Positions 50,695 through 61,296 of a stretch of 64,000 nt of DNA are shown in pieces. Under the pieces are notes generated by a model. It did no database searches. It was given only the letters and a program-made list of their open reading frames with translations, and had not been told where the DNA came from. A program made the translations under genes and the position numbers. Source of the stretch: Mustelus asterias. Taxonomy: Eukaryota. Positions within the stretch are counted from its first letter, which is position 1, and each line of letters starts with the position of its first letter. The stretch lies in assembly GCF_964213995.1 (NCBI RefSeq), contig NW_027590151.1, positions 558,001 through 622,000 of the forward strand, given 5' to 3'.

Positions 50695-51675
50695 CTTATT
50701 GAAATTATTCATTTAGTATGAGGGAAGTTTTCCATGGTTTCAGTTGTTGCTGAACATTATCCGAATCTCGATGTTGTAACCATGTTATCTTTGCTCTGAC
50801 CTCGGCCACAAATGCTCTCAGCAACAGCAGAAATGCTGTATTTTAAGACGCAATGAGGAAATAAATGTTTGTACTTTGACACCGTGCGCACATTAGCAAC
50901 TTGTTCAGTCCATAACATAATATAATGGATTTATAAATGCAGACTAACATAGTTAATCATCATCTGAAACATGTGTAATAGTAGTGTGTGCTCATAAAGA
51001 CACAAGTGAAACTAACTGAACTGGAGGAAATGGCGCACATTTCCCGGAAGCATATTTTTAAAATTGTTCTTCATAATAAAGAAATGGGAAAAAAATCACT
51101 CAGGCAGATGAGTAAATCGAAACTCAGTGTAGATCTGCTGGACTTTTCTATAGATGAACGGGAGCTCGGCGCCAGAATGTTTCACATGCAGAATAAAGAG
51201 GGATCAAGTATAACTAGCAAATCATTATTAAATCTTTTCCCTTTAAAGATATTTGATATTGTTTAAAAGCTGACTGTCTCAAATAAGCACCATGGGATGT
51301 GTATTAACCAGTGACTCGATTTCTTTTATTGGTCAGTCATGTTTGCAATTCAATGTTGCATATTCCCGAGATATTCAACTCAGAATGAAGATGTATGTAT
51401 TAAATACATGTATTCATATTTAATATCGAATATCAAAACAAATATTGAGTAACTAGCCAACGATTCAAGTCTGGATGACCCTTCGTCAGAGCTAAGAGCA
51501 AAGAAAAGCAGAAAAGATTTAAATTATGAGGGTGGAAGGGGGATGCTGTAATTGGACAAAGGGAATGCAAATAACGATAAAAGATGGCTGAGAGAGATAC
51601 TAAAAATGTCCATTAAGCGATCAGAATAGCAGAGCAGAGGTAAAGGTGGTTAAGGCAGTTGCCCTGAAAGAGAAG

Positions 51676-51890
51676 TGTGGGGGGGGGGGGAGAGGGGGGG
51701 GGGAGTGAGGGGGGAAGGGGGAGTGGGGGGGAGGGGGAGTGGGGGGGAGGGGGAGTGGGGGGAGTGGGGGGAGAGGGGGAGTGGGGGGAGGGGGGTGGAG
51801 TGGGGGGGAGGAGGGGTAGGGGGGAGAGGGGGAGTGGGGGGGAGGGGTGGAGTGGGGGGGAGGGTGGGGGGAGTGGGGGGGAGGGGGTCG
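51676..51890 (+). repeat. G-rich polypurine tract (GGGGGA/GGGGGAGT repeats)
   Basis: Directly visible ~210-bp run of G-tracts. Confidence 0.9.
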
Positions 51891-51899
51891 TGTCCGCTC

Positions 51900-52275
51900 C
51901 GCCATTCGGTCGTGCTGCAAAATTTCTCATCTCCATTCTTCTCCCCTTTTCCCAGTAACCTTTGATCCCCTTACCAATCAAGAACGTATCTATCTCTGTC
52001 TTAAATACACCCAATGACCCGGCCTCCACAGCCTTCTGTGGCAATGAATTCCACACATTTACCACCCTCTGGCTGAAGAAATTGCTCTCATCTCGATTCT
52101 AAAGGGCCGTCCCTTTATTCCGAGGTTGTGCGCTCGGATCCGAGATTCACCTACTAACGGAAACATCTTCCCCACGGCCACCCTATCGAGGTCTTTCAAT
52201 ATTCTGTAAGTTTCAATAAGATCCCCCCCCCCCCCCCCGCCAAACTCCATCGAGTTCAGACCCAGTGTCCTCAGA
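51900..52275 (-). mobile_element. CR1 3' fragment
   Basis: GDLIETYRILKDLDRV and VNVWNSLPQKAVEA motifs. Confidence 0.8.
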
Positions 52276-53073
52276 TGTCTGCAGTTTTATTTGATCGGCT
52301 TCAGTCGCTCATGTTTGTTGTTGTTTATTTTAAGTTCGGTTTGTGACGGCTTCTCAAGACCATTAATCGCATTGCCTTGTGTCTGACCTGTTTACATTGA
52401 ACTCTTCGTTCTGAACCGTTGATTTCCTCGAGTTGCGAATGTAAATAAAACGGATTGTACAGTAGCGGATTGAGATGTAGATCCCGTGCGAGAAACAGAT
52501 GCAGCAACACAGAAACCTTCAAGCTAAGAAACGGAGGTAAACAAATGGAAAGACAGAGGGTGAATCAGAGGCCGAGACCGTAATAGAAGTAAAGGCATAA
52601 GTTCGGAGAAACAGATGCAGAGGGATAAACACGAGGAACGGGAATGGTAGAAATGAGGGAGAGGCTGAGAGATAAATAGTGGGACAGGCAGTGAGATAAA
52701 TGGGGGAAAGAGGGAGGCAGGAAGGGAAATAGATGAAGATACAGTGAAGGAACCGTGAAGGGAAAAGTTGTATATAGATGGAGGTAACACAGTCGGAGAC
52801 ACAAAGAGAGACAAACGAATAGAGAACAAGAGAGGCAGAGAGATAGGCAGTGAGATAAACAATGGCCTAAATGGTACACTGAGAAAAGCAATGGCCTAAA
52901 TGCGACCAGGAATTACAGAAAGGGAAAGAAAAATAGCACAATGTAGCGTAGTACGTGATACCGGCAGGGTGATTTCCAAGAACCTCTTGACATCCTGAGT
53001 AACCAGACCAGTCGCACCATCACATTGTTATCCTTCCCGTACCCACTGCAGTAAATACACAAACACGGTGCGG

Positions 53074-53089
53074 CAGCGCCATCTGGCGA
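53074..53089 (-). promoter_or_regulatory. CTCF-like motif
   Basis: Reverse complement TCGCCAGATGGCGCTG is a close match to the CTCF core. Confidence 0.55.
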
Positions 53090-53952
53090 CGGTCCGAGGT
53101 CATTTCCTGGAAAATCATCGAATTCTCAAATTACAGAAGGTTGTTGCTGCATGATTATATTACATTACTCTTGTTCATCCTTTTACTATTACAATGCAAT
53201 TAAATGCAGTTGAACGCATACGTGAGGGATAATCCCAACTTTATTTAATTGCTGACGATTCGCTTTATTCAATTAATAGTGGTTAAAAAGCTAATTTTAA
53301 ACAAAATCAACCCATCAATATTCCGATAAGTGCCTCCTCTAAAATACCAACATAAGATGTAAATATGACCCTGGATTCACACCCATTTCCGATGTGCTTT
53401 CGTTATTTTCATTTAAATCTTTCCATCATAATGTTACTTGTTGAGTTATTATATTTTATTATACGTTATCTAATATAAATAGTATCTAATCTAAGAGTAT
53501 CTTTATCTAATATAATGAGCAATTTGGTGGACTCGTTGAAATGGGAGACTGGGAGAAATCGTATTGTCTAAACTCGGAAATTCAGGGAAAAGGGCAGAAA
53601 GAGAAGAACGTGGAGTAAATGTGAAGACAGAGACGGTCAGAAGTAGGGCAAGGGAGGTAGTGGCGGAATGACACAGCGAGATAAACAGGTCCCAAACAAA
53701 GGGAGAGCCGGAGAACCTGAGAAATACAGGGAGAAAGAGAAACTCAGAGTTCATTAGTCCAGAGCGAACACTGATAGGTGCCCGACGACCATCAGTTCAG
53801 AGAGAGCAGCCAATCCTGTCGCTGGGAAACGCCCCTCAGTTTCTGAGTAAGTGAAGTTTCCGCTGATATGAATTTCCAATTTAATATCAGAACAGAAATA
53901 TCAACATGTTTCAAATATTGTCTCATTTCTGCCGAATCCTAAACCAGACACC

Positions 53953-54489
53953 ATGTGCTCCTCATTTTGGTTGCTGATAATAATGGTCTTGCGGCCCGGT
54001 GAGTCAATAAGCTCTGACAAAATGTCATCCTGACACGAAACGTTACCTCTGTTCTCCCTCTCACACATGTCAGATCTGCTGAAGATTTCCAGCATTTACT
54101 TTGAGCCAATGTTTAAATGATCAGCGTCTGTCCCATGGACTATGTTCGCTCCCAGATTTTGAAGAACATCTGTGTTTTATTACAGGGACAAATGCTGAAG
54201 ATTCAGTGTTTCAAGATCGATCTGAATTATCGATTCTGGAAGGACAGAACATAACACTGGGCTGTAAATACTCAACAGCTGCTCTTCGAGCCCTGTTCTG
54301 GTACATCCTGTATCCCGGGCAAGCTCCAAGGCAGCTGATGAATATTTTTAGCTCGGGCGATACCGATAAGCCTCCGGATATCCCAGATAGGTTCTCGGCT
54401 GCTTTACAGAAAGGAAACAACACTGTTCCTTTAAATATCGCCAGCACTCTTCTGTCTGGCACCGCCGTGTATTTCTGTGCCATGGAGCA
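53953..54489 (+). CDS. Apparently intact TCR alpha/delta V gene (leader 53953-53998, V exon 54186-54489)
   Basis: Leader MCSSFWLLIIMVLRP|GTGAGT. V exon GTNAEDSVFQ...LGCKYS...LFWYILYPGQAPRQL...LSGTAVYFCAME. The conserved Asp of DxAxY is replaced by Gly. Confidence 0.9.
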
Positions 54490-54568
54490 CACACTGGTTC
54501 AGAGATATAGCGAAACACGTACAGAAACTCCAGACTGGGAGTTCTAGTTAGTGGACGGCAGAGGGCGC
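54490..54568 (+). other. RSS with 24-bp spacer followed by CTCF-like motif
   Basis: CACACTG (54490-54496) + 24 bp + ACAGAAACT (54521-54529), then ACGGCAGAGGGCGC at 54555-54568. Confidence 0.8.
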
Positions 54569-55401
54569 GCTCACACAGATAAACAGAAACAATTCAGTCT
54601 CAACAGTGAGTGTCACCGCATCATAAACAGAATTACAAAACAAAACACAACGCTCAACATGAACAGCTGAGCCGCAGTTGGTTTTAACTTGTAACCATGC
54701 TAAAAATGCATTTATGATTAATTAACTCACACTTAGCCTTTTGCTGATATTTCCTTGCATATGTGAATTATTCCCTATCTTCACTCTTCGTTTTGTGGTC
54801 GGTTTGATCAAAGGGTCCATTTGATCAGAGTATTATGCTCGCTAAGGGATCAGGTATATAACATGTGCATTTCACAAGGTTGACTGAGAACCATTCAAAC
54901 AATCCCTGAGAGCAAGGTACCATCAATGTTCATTCTCATTTTCAATGACTGTCAACTGTTTTTTGACATAATTCGCAACTTTATAATAACCGGACCAGCG
55001 ACTTTAATCCAACCCCTGTCCCGAACAATAGAGCGATATTCCTATTAAGCCAACTGAATATAACCCAGCTTGGGATGTTTCTGCTCACTGAAAACCACGT
55101 ATCCATCCACAGGACTAAAAACACGACAGGGGACACATGAAAGTGAGGTTCGAGGATCCGATCACATTATAGCAGATTACTAAGAATGTGGATTGGAACG
55201 AGAGTTTTCTTGCGTCAACTTACCCTTTTACAGAGCGGCCAGCGACAAAGTGTAAGGCGGCAATTGGGTTGTATGGGGTGGGGAGGGGAGATTTCGGGCA
55301 GATAATTGTGAAATATACACATTTAATCTCAGTTCCAAATCATGTTGGAGAGTTTAAAAGCACTCCAATCTGATTAGTTCAGATTTTAATATACATTTCA
55401 G

Positions 55402-55535
55402 ATCTGAGTCATGGAAATTCTGTCACTTAGTTACTGTCCTCAAATGATAAGACAGAAGGAGAAGTGTTTTTTTTAAGTTTCACCTATGATATTACATGGA
55501 GTGATTTTGTTTTATTCTGGCATTGTCTACTCCCG
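55402..55535 (+). pseudogene. Truncated V relic, paralogue of the V at 41972
   Basis: TTTCAG|ATCTGAGTCATGGAAATTCTGTCACTTAG aligns with TTTCAG|ATCTGAGCCATGGAGATTCTGTTACTCAG. It has a premature TAG, the first Cys is lost, and similarity ends shortly after TTATTCTGG. Confidence 0.8.
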
Positions 55536-55699
55536 ATGAGCTGCACTTACAGGAAGTCTTAATCATGTCTGCGGACAAGCGGTGAGACAAACAAAAGCAA
55601 CAGCACCGTTCAGGCATCCAAACCTCTCTCAATTTCAATGTGTAGGAAATGGACTCTGAAGAGTTGACCAGAAGAAGGGCTCACGTATGGAGTTTATGA

Positions 55700-55888
55700 T
55701 GAATCATAGAATCATAGAAAAAGAATCCTTACAGTTCAGAAGGGGTGCATTCGGCCCATCGAGTCTGCACTTGCCACAGTCTCACCCAGGCCCTATTCCC
55801 GTCACCCCACACATTTGCCCTGTTAATCCCCCTGACACAGAGGTCAATTTAGCATGGCTAATCAACCTAACCCGCACATCTTTGGACG
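55700..55888 (-). mobile_element. HE1-type SINE 3' part
   Basis: Reverse SINE tail. Confidence 0.7.
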
Positions 55889-56379
55889 GAAAGCAGCCCC
55901 ATCCATGCACTCTGCATCATCTCCGGAAGCTCCTGTCCTGGCTTTTCAATTTTGTGATTCATTTCTTAAAGTTACAAAGTTACAAAGCCAATGCGCAGAG
56001 CGGAGAGGACAATCAAGAACCAATCTCCACACCTGCCCCTACATCAATTAAAATTCAAATTCAACCCAATTGATGATCCCCACAAGAGATATGAGCAAGA
56101 TCCAAGCTGACAAGAGAAGGTATTGCACGTGAACTTGGGCTTTATGCGACGCTTAGTCTTAGCCAAAAACCCGAGAAGTTTGCAGCGGTTAGACTCGTGG
56201 ACAGTTGCAGCCACATTGAGGACCGGCGCTGTCAGCCGCTCAAACAAACACCGAGAGAAACCAAATTAACATTGCATCAAACTGTCACGCACCTGTTTCC
56301 AGCAGTGGCTGAGAAAACAGGCAGCAGAATATGATCAGACCGACAGTTCCATCATCAACTCAGCCTATCGATAGAAAAC

Positions 56380-56692
56380 AGAATCCCTACCGTGCAGAAG
56401 GAGGCCATTCGGCCCATCGATTCTGCACCGGCAACAATCCCACCCAGGCCCTATCCCCTGAACTCCATGCATTTACCCTGGCTAGTCCTCCTGACACTAA
56501 GAGGCAATTTATCATGGCAAATCCACCCAACCCGCACATCTTTGGACTGTGGGAGGAAACCGGAGCACTCAGAGTAAACCCACGCAGACACGGGGAGAAC
56601 ATGCACACTCCACACAGACAGTGAGCCAATGCCGGAATTGAACCCGGGTCCCTGGCGCTGTGAGGCATCAGTGATAATCATTGTGCCACCAT
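56380..56692 (-). mobile_element. HE1-type SINE
   Basis: Reverse complement of the full SINE core. Confidence 0.85.
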
Positions 56693-56754
56693 TTGGCCCA
56701 TAAAAAATTGAAATCATGCAGACTTCCCGCAACCTAACTGAGAACGTTTAATAA

Positions 56755-56822
56755 TGTAGCTGCCCGGTTTCGAACCGGGGACCTTTCGCGTGTGAAGCGA
56801 ATGTGATGACAATTACAGAAAC
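56755..56822 (-). pseudogene. tRNA-Val(CAC) pseudogene
   Basis: GTTTCTGTAATTGTCATCACATTCGCTTCACACGCGAAAGGTCCCCGGTTCGAAACCGGGCAGCTACA has an intact T-arm/B-box, a 5-nt D-arm deletion and a broken acceptor stem. Confidence 0.85.
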
Positions 56823-56862
56823 TGTGAACAACAGAGAGCTTGAACTACCGTCAAGTTTACAT

Positions 56863-56935
56863 CGAGCCAGGCAGAAATCGAACTTGAAACCTTCTGAACA
56901 ATAATCAGACGCGTTGTGCATTGAGCGACTCACCG
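56863..56935 (-). pseudogene. tRNA-Arg(ACG)-derived pseudogene
   Basis: CGGTGAGTCGCTCAATGCACAACGCGTCTGATTATTGTTCAGAAGGTTTCAAGTTCGATTTCTGCCTGGCTCG aligns without gaps to vertebrate tRNA-Arg(ACG) as recalled (GGGCCAGTGGCGCAATGGATAACGCGTCTGACTACGGATCAGAAG...CTGGCTCG). The anticodon is mutated. Confidence 0.75.
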
Positions 56936-57113
56936 ACATGAACGCAGGACCTCCCTGCTTCTGATTAGATCTTTATTCTGCAACCTCAGAGCTGGATATT
57001 CACATCAGCTTCGGGAGAGATGTTTCTGATCAGCTGTTAATTCCCATCAACTCAGGGCTGAATATTCAGATCAGCTCCAGGAGAAATGTTTCTGACCCTC
57101 AGACCAGACCCAC

Positions 57114-57620
57114 TGACGTCACTCGCACTACATAGTGACGTCACATGGGCTATAGGTGACGTCACACATTCTGACGCCACACATTCCGCATTCTGACGTC
57201 TGACGTTGGGCGGCACGGTGCCACAGTGGTTAGCACAGCTGCCTCACAGCGCCAGGGACACGGGTTCGATTCCAGCCTCGGGTCACTGTCTGTCTGGAGT
57301 TTGGATGTTCTCCCCGTGTCTGCGCGGGTTTCCTCCGGGTGCTGTGGTTTCCTCTCACAGTCCAAAGATGTGCGGGTTAGGTTGACTAGCCATGTTGAAT
57401 TGCCTCCTCATGTCAGGGGGATTCGCGGGGTAAAGATGTGAGGTTACAGGGAGAGGGCCTGGGTGGGACTGTGGTCGGTGCGGGTTCAATGGGCCGAATG
57501 GTCTCCTTCTGCACTGTAAACATTCTATGATTCTATGAGTTTCCAATGCCACGGATGCTCTGACGTCAGAATGCCGGATGTTCTGACGTCACAATACCGG
57601 ATGCTCTGTCGCATGCGCAC
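57114..57620. promoter_or_regulatory. CRE (TGACGTCA) array upstream of a V gene, split by an HE1-type SINE (57208-57540, +)
   Basis: Perfect TGACGTCA at 57114, 57136, 57157, 57561 and 57584, with near-matches at 57172, 57194 and 57201. Confidence 0.65.
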
Positions 57621-57819
57621 TCTCCTCCCCCGCACTATCAATTCTGAAGCTCCTTCACTGATTCACTTTGTGATCACAAGTCCCAGCGACCCGGCTCTCA
57701 CCGCCACTCTGTGACTGGTTTGGGGTTCGGTTTGATATCCAATAGCGTTGCTTTCCCAGGAGCTTCTCTCAGCCTGGGATCTGCTGACAGCTGTTTCACA
57801 CAAGCCGATAGGATCCAAC

Positions 57820-58322
57820 ATGTTTCTGACCTTCACTTTGGTGATTATTTTCCTGGATTTATTACTGTTTCCTCAGTGTAAGTGTGGTCACTATTTCTGA
57901 CAGGAATATTTCACACCTCAGCAATGTTAGGCTCTGTTAAATTGTACTCAGCTTTATTATATCATCTCGAATTGTGAATACAATTGTACTTTATTGTGCT
58001 ACATTATAGTACGATATGTTCTTACTGCAAATGTACATATTCTTCCCAGATGCCGCTGGCAGTGAAGAGCTATCACAGTCTCCGGAGTCAGTGGTTGTTA
58101 CCGAGGAAGCCACTGCATCGTTGAACTGTTCAACCACAGTAGCTGGAGAGGTCCTTCAATGGTACAGACAAAATCTAGACAGAACCGTGCAGCACCTGGT
58201 GACCGGTACCAGCGATCAGGGCAGGATCACGGCTCGGCATACTTTCTCAGAGAACCACAGCGTTCTGAATGTTCGTGAAGCTCGGCTGACAGACACCGCC
58301 ACCTATTTCTGTGCAATGGAGG
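57820..58322 (+). CDS. Intact TCR alpha/delta V gene with short CDR2 region (leader 57820-57877, V exon 58050-58322)
   Basis: Leader MFLTFTLVIIFLDLLLFPQ|GTAAGT. V exon ..SEELSQSPESVVVTEEATASLNCSTTVAGEVLQWYRQNLDRTVQHLVTGTSDQGRITARHTFSENHSVLNVREARLTDTATYFCAME. Confidence 0.93.
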
Positions 58323-58361
58323 CACAATGTAGCAAAGACCGTACAGGGCCGTACAAAAACC
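58323..58361 (+). other. 23-RSS
   Basis: CACAATG + 23 bp + ACAAAAACC. Confidence 0.93.
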
Positions 58362-59920
58362 TGCCGCGATCATCCAGAAAGTGGAGCCTGTGCAGAGAGC
58401 TGGGCTTTTAATCACTCTCTCCCTTGGATACGCGCCACAGTCACCCGATCAGTGAGATCTGTTGCCGATTTGGGTTTATTCTTTAAAATCAAAACAGAAC
58501 GGATAAAATACATTTAAATTGGGTTATTTTCTGTGGAAATGTCATCCGGGCAGCGCATGTTCCATGGTGCTTCCAAATTGGAATAATCGTGGTATTCGGT
58601 GAGTCAATATTAAAAGGATCCTTGTCTATTTCCTGTGATAAATCCCATTCCAGTCTGTGACACATTCTAAGTTCGGCTGCAGGGACGAGTGACAGACATT
58701 GAGTTTCCCAGACTCCATCGGAGTTGAACGCTCTGAAAGACCAGTCAGGAGTGCTAAGGGACAGTCACTCCATATCTGAAAGCTTTCTGTACCTATCTAG
58801 ACAGAGCAGTATTCCGGGTAAGTTATGGGATATTTAATGAAGTGGTAGAGGGCCAGACATTGAGATAGGTCCCAAGGTCTCTCGGACCGGTTCGCTGTTG
58901 ACTTGAACGAACAAAGACAGCAATGCACCTGTTCGATAAATAAACGACCAAGTCATCCCATTTTCACAGAAAAGTGGACAGGGATCGATAAATGTTATTC
59001 ATTGCACTGCCACTTGTTACCATCTGGAGTAGAGCGCCACAAACTATAAAGGAAGAGCATTCAATAGTAAATTTCAAAAAGGCATTGCCAGACCTTGAGA
59101 ACGGAAAACAACTCGTGGAATGCGGGGTGAGAAGAGCAATTGGGAAAGATCTTTCATTGAGCCACAGGGAGAGTCAATTGTTTCTGATCCATTCGCGCCC
59201 GTCCGTCACTATTTTTTCTCAGTCACTTGAGCAGTCAGCAGATGCAGGCTAGTCACAGACTGCTGCAGGTTCAGCCGCCGCTATTTCCTCTCCATCACCT
59301 GCGACTGCCGCTGAGAACTCCGCACTTCCATCAGCTTTGAGTCTGCGGTGACCCCGGCCACAGTTTCCGGTTGCTGCTTTTCATTCTAACACCATTGTGC
59401 TTTTCGAGACATTGCTGCCGCTGGTCGATTTCTGTCATTGGTTAGATCAGAAGTTCAGTGCTTCAGTCTATTCATTAGTGTAGCAAGTAAGCTTATATAA
59501 ACACTGCAGTGAAGTTACTGTGGAAATCCCCTCGTTGCCACACTCCGGCGCCTGTTCGGGTCCACTGAGGGAGAGTTTAGCATGGCTGATTAGCGACTGA
59601 TTCAGGAAGTGGTGCGTGGTACTGTCGGATAATACAGCCTTTTTAACGAGGTGAGTCTGTGTTGAAATTATTATTGAGCAATCCAAGTATTCATAACTAC
59701 AGCAGACTTTGACACATCCAATGTTTGGTTCTAGGAATTGCTGGCGCAATCTCAGTTAACGGCCCTGGAAGATGATATAACAGTAATTTTTGGCTACATG
59801 ATCTCTACATCTGGGAGCTTGCATTACCGCTGCTCTGAAGTAGATTTGGAGGTTAACTGCATGCATTGCGCCATAAAGATATGTCTCATGATTTCGCAAT
59901 CTGTTCCTCTGGTGACCTAG

Positions 59921-60245
59921 ACAAGATGTGGAGATGCCGGCGTTGGACTGGGGTAAACACAGTAAGAAGTCTAACAACACCAGGTTAAAGTTCAACAGGT
60001 TTATTTGGTAGCAAAAACCACGAGCTTTCGGAGCGCTGCCCCTTCGTCAGGTGGGTGGGAGTTCTGATCACAAACAGTGCACAAAGACACAAACTCAATT
60101 TACATGAATAATGATTGGAATGTGAGTCTTTACAGCTAATCAAGTCTTAAAGGTACAGACAATGTGAGTGGAGGGAGCATTAAGCACAGGTTAAACAGAT
60201 GTGTATTGTCTCCAGACAGGACAGTTAGTGAGATTTTGCACAGGT
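59921..60245. mobile_element. Interspersed repeat end, probably Penelope-like
   Basis: AACACCAGGTTAAAG..CAACAGGTTTATTTGGTAGC..GAGCTTTCGGAGCGCTGC recurs in reverse at ~33335-33395 and ~40872-40948. Family assignment is from memory only. Confidence 0.5.
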
Positions 60246-61257
60246 TTTGCCACACTCTCTGACAGAGATTTTGCATCGAGAGACAGAGGGAGAGTGTGTG
60301 CGTGTGTCCTTGTGTGTGAGAGAGTTCAAAGTAACCTTCAAATACCTGGACTCCGCAATCTCTTTACTCCAGGATCAGTGTGGCAACCCTGTCTGACAGA
60401 GAATTAAACATTCCCACTGTATTCTGTGTTAATAAAGTTTCTAACATCACCACAGCACGACACTGGAAATGAGCTTCCTTGGGTTAGAAAGTGCTTTTGG
60501 ACATCGGAAGTCTGTAAAAGGCATCAATAAAAATCTTTACTGCTGTTTTCGACTGAAATTTATTTCTGGAGATTAAATTCATTGTCTTCATATTTCCACG
60601 GCCAGAAAAGTTTATTTTTAATTTCATTTTTTAAATTTAAATCCGTTTCTTTCCCGGATTGGGTTAATGAGTGGCCACCACTTCCTAGGATTTCCCGGAT
60701 TCTGTCTCCAGTCGGTTCAGATATTCTTTCCGCTCCAGAGGACACAGGCAGTCTGGCAGGAATAAGAATCCGGGAACTTACCGAGGGGACAGTGCCGTGC
60801 TCAGGGAACGCTGCACCTTCAGAGCTGCCAGCCACTCGGTGACCTGTTCAATCGGGGGCACCGTGTTCCCTCTCAGTTGGAGGTGACACATCACATGGTC
60901 ACTGTTTCCAAGAAGAGCAGAGAAATGTCCTGTTTGATATCTGTTCACCAATCACAATTACTGAAACAGAGAGAACACTACAATATTACTGAATGAAATG
61001 TCACACTGAGTCCAAATTGGCTGCTGTGTTTTCCACAGTGACAGGGAAACACTTTGGGACATCAAACTGTACAAATAGTGAAATGTTCATTCCCTAAGCT
61101 GCCCCCATTGTTTTAGTTTGGTAATATATTTATTATTAATACATATATATATTAGAATTAAAAGTTTGAGATAACAACACGATTTCAGGTTCCAGATCAG
61201 ACTCACTCTGATCACAATGTTTGCCTAACGCTCTGTTGTGTTGAGTGAGGCTTTGGC

Positions 61258-61296
61258 AGTTTTTGTGCAGGTTCAGCCCAGCTCTGTGTCTCTGTG
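61258..61296 (-). other. 23-RSS
   Basis: CACAGAG (61296-61290) + 23 bp + ACAAAAACT (61266-61258). Confidence 0.92.

Larger units (their letters stand above)
49520..51458 (+). repeat. Two-copy diverged tandem duplication, period ~1.1 kb, each copy headed by a tRNA-Val sequence
   Basis: 49520-~50370 aligns by eye with 50622-~51458. Examples: CCATGTTATCTTTGCTCTG, AGTTAATCATCATCTGAA and GGTCAGTCATGTTTGCAATTCAATGTTG occur in both copies. Confidence 0.9.

Noticed and set aside
51613-52065. Proline-rich / glycine-rich ORFs
   Set aside because: They are translations of the G-tract fused to a CR1 fragment.
57114-57207. Regularly spaced short repeats as a CRISPR-like array
   Set aside because: Eukaryotic context, 8-bp repeats and no cas genes. 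Better explained as CRE motifs.
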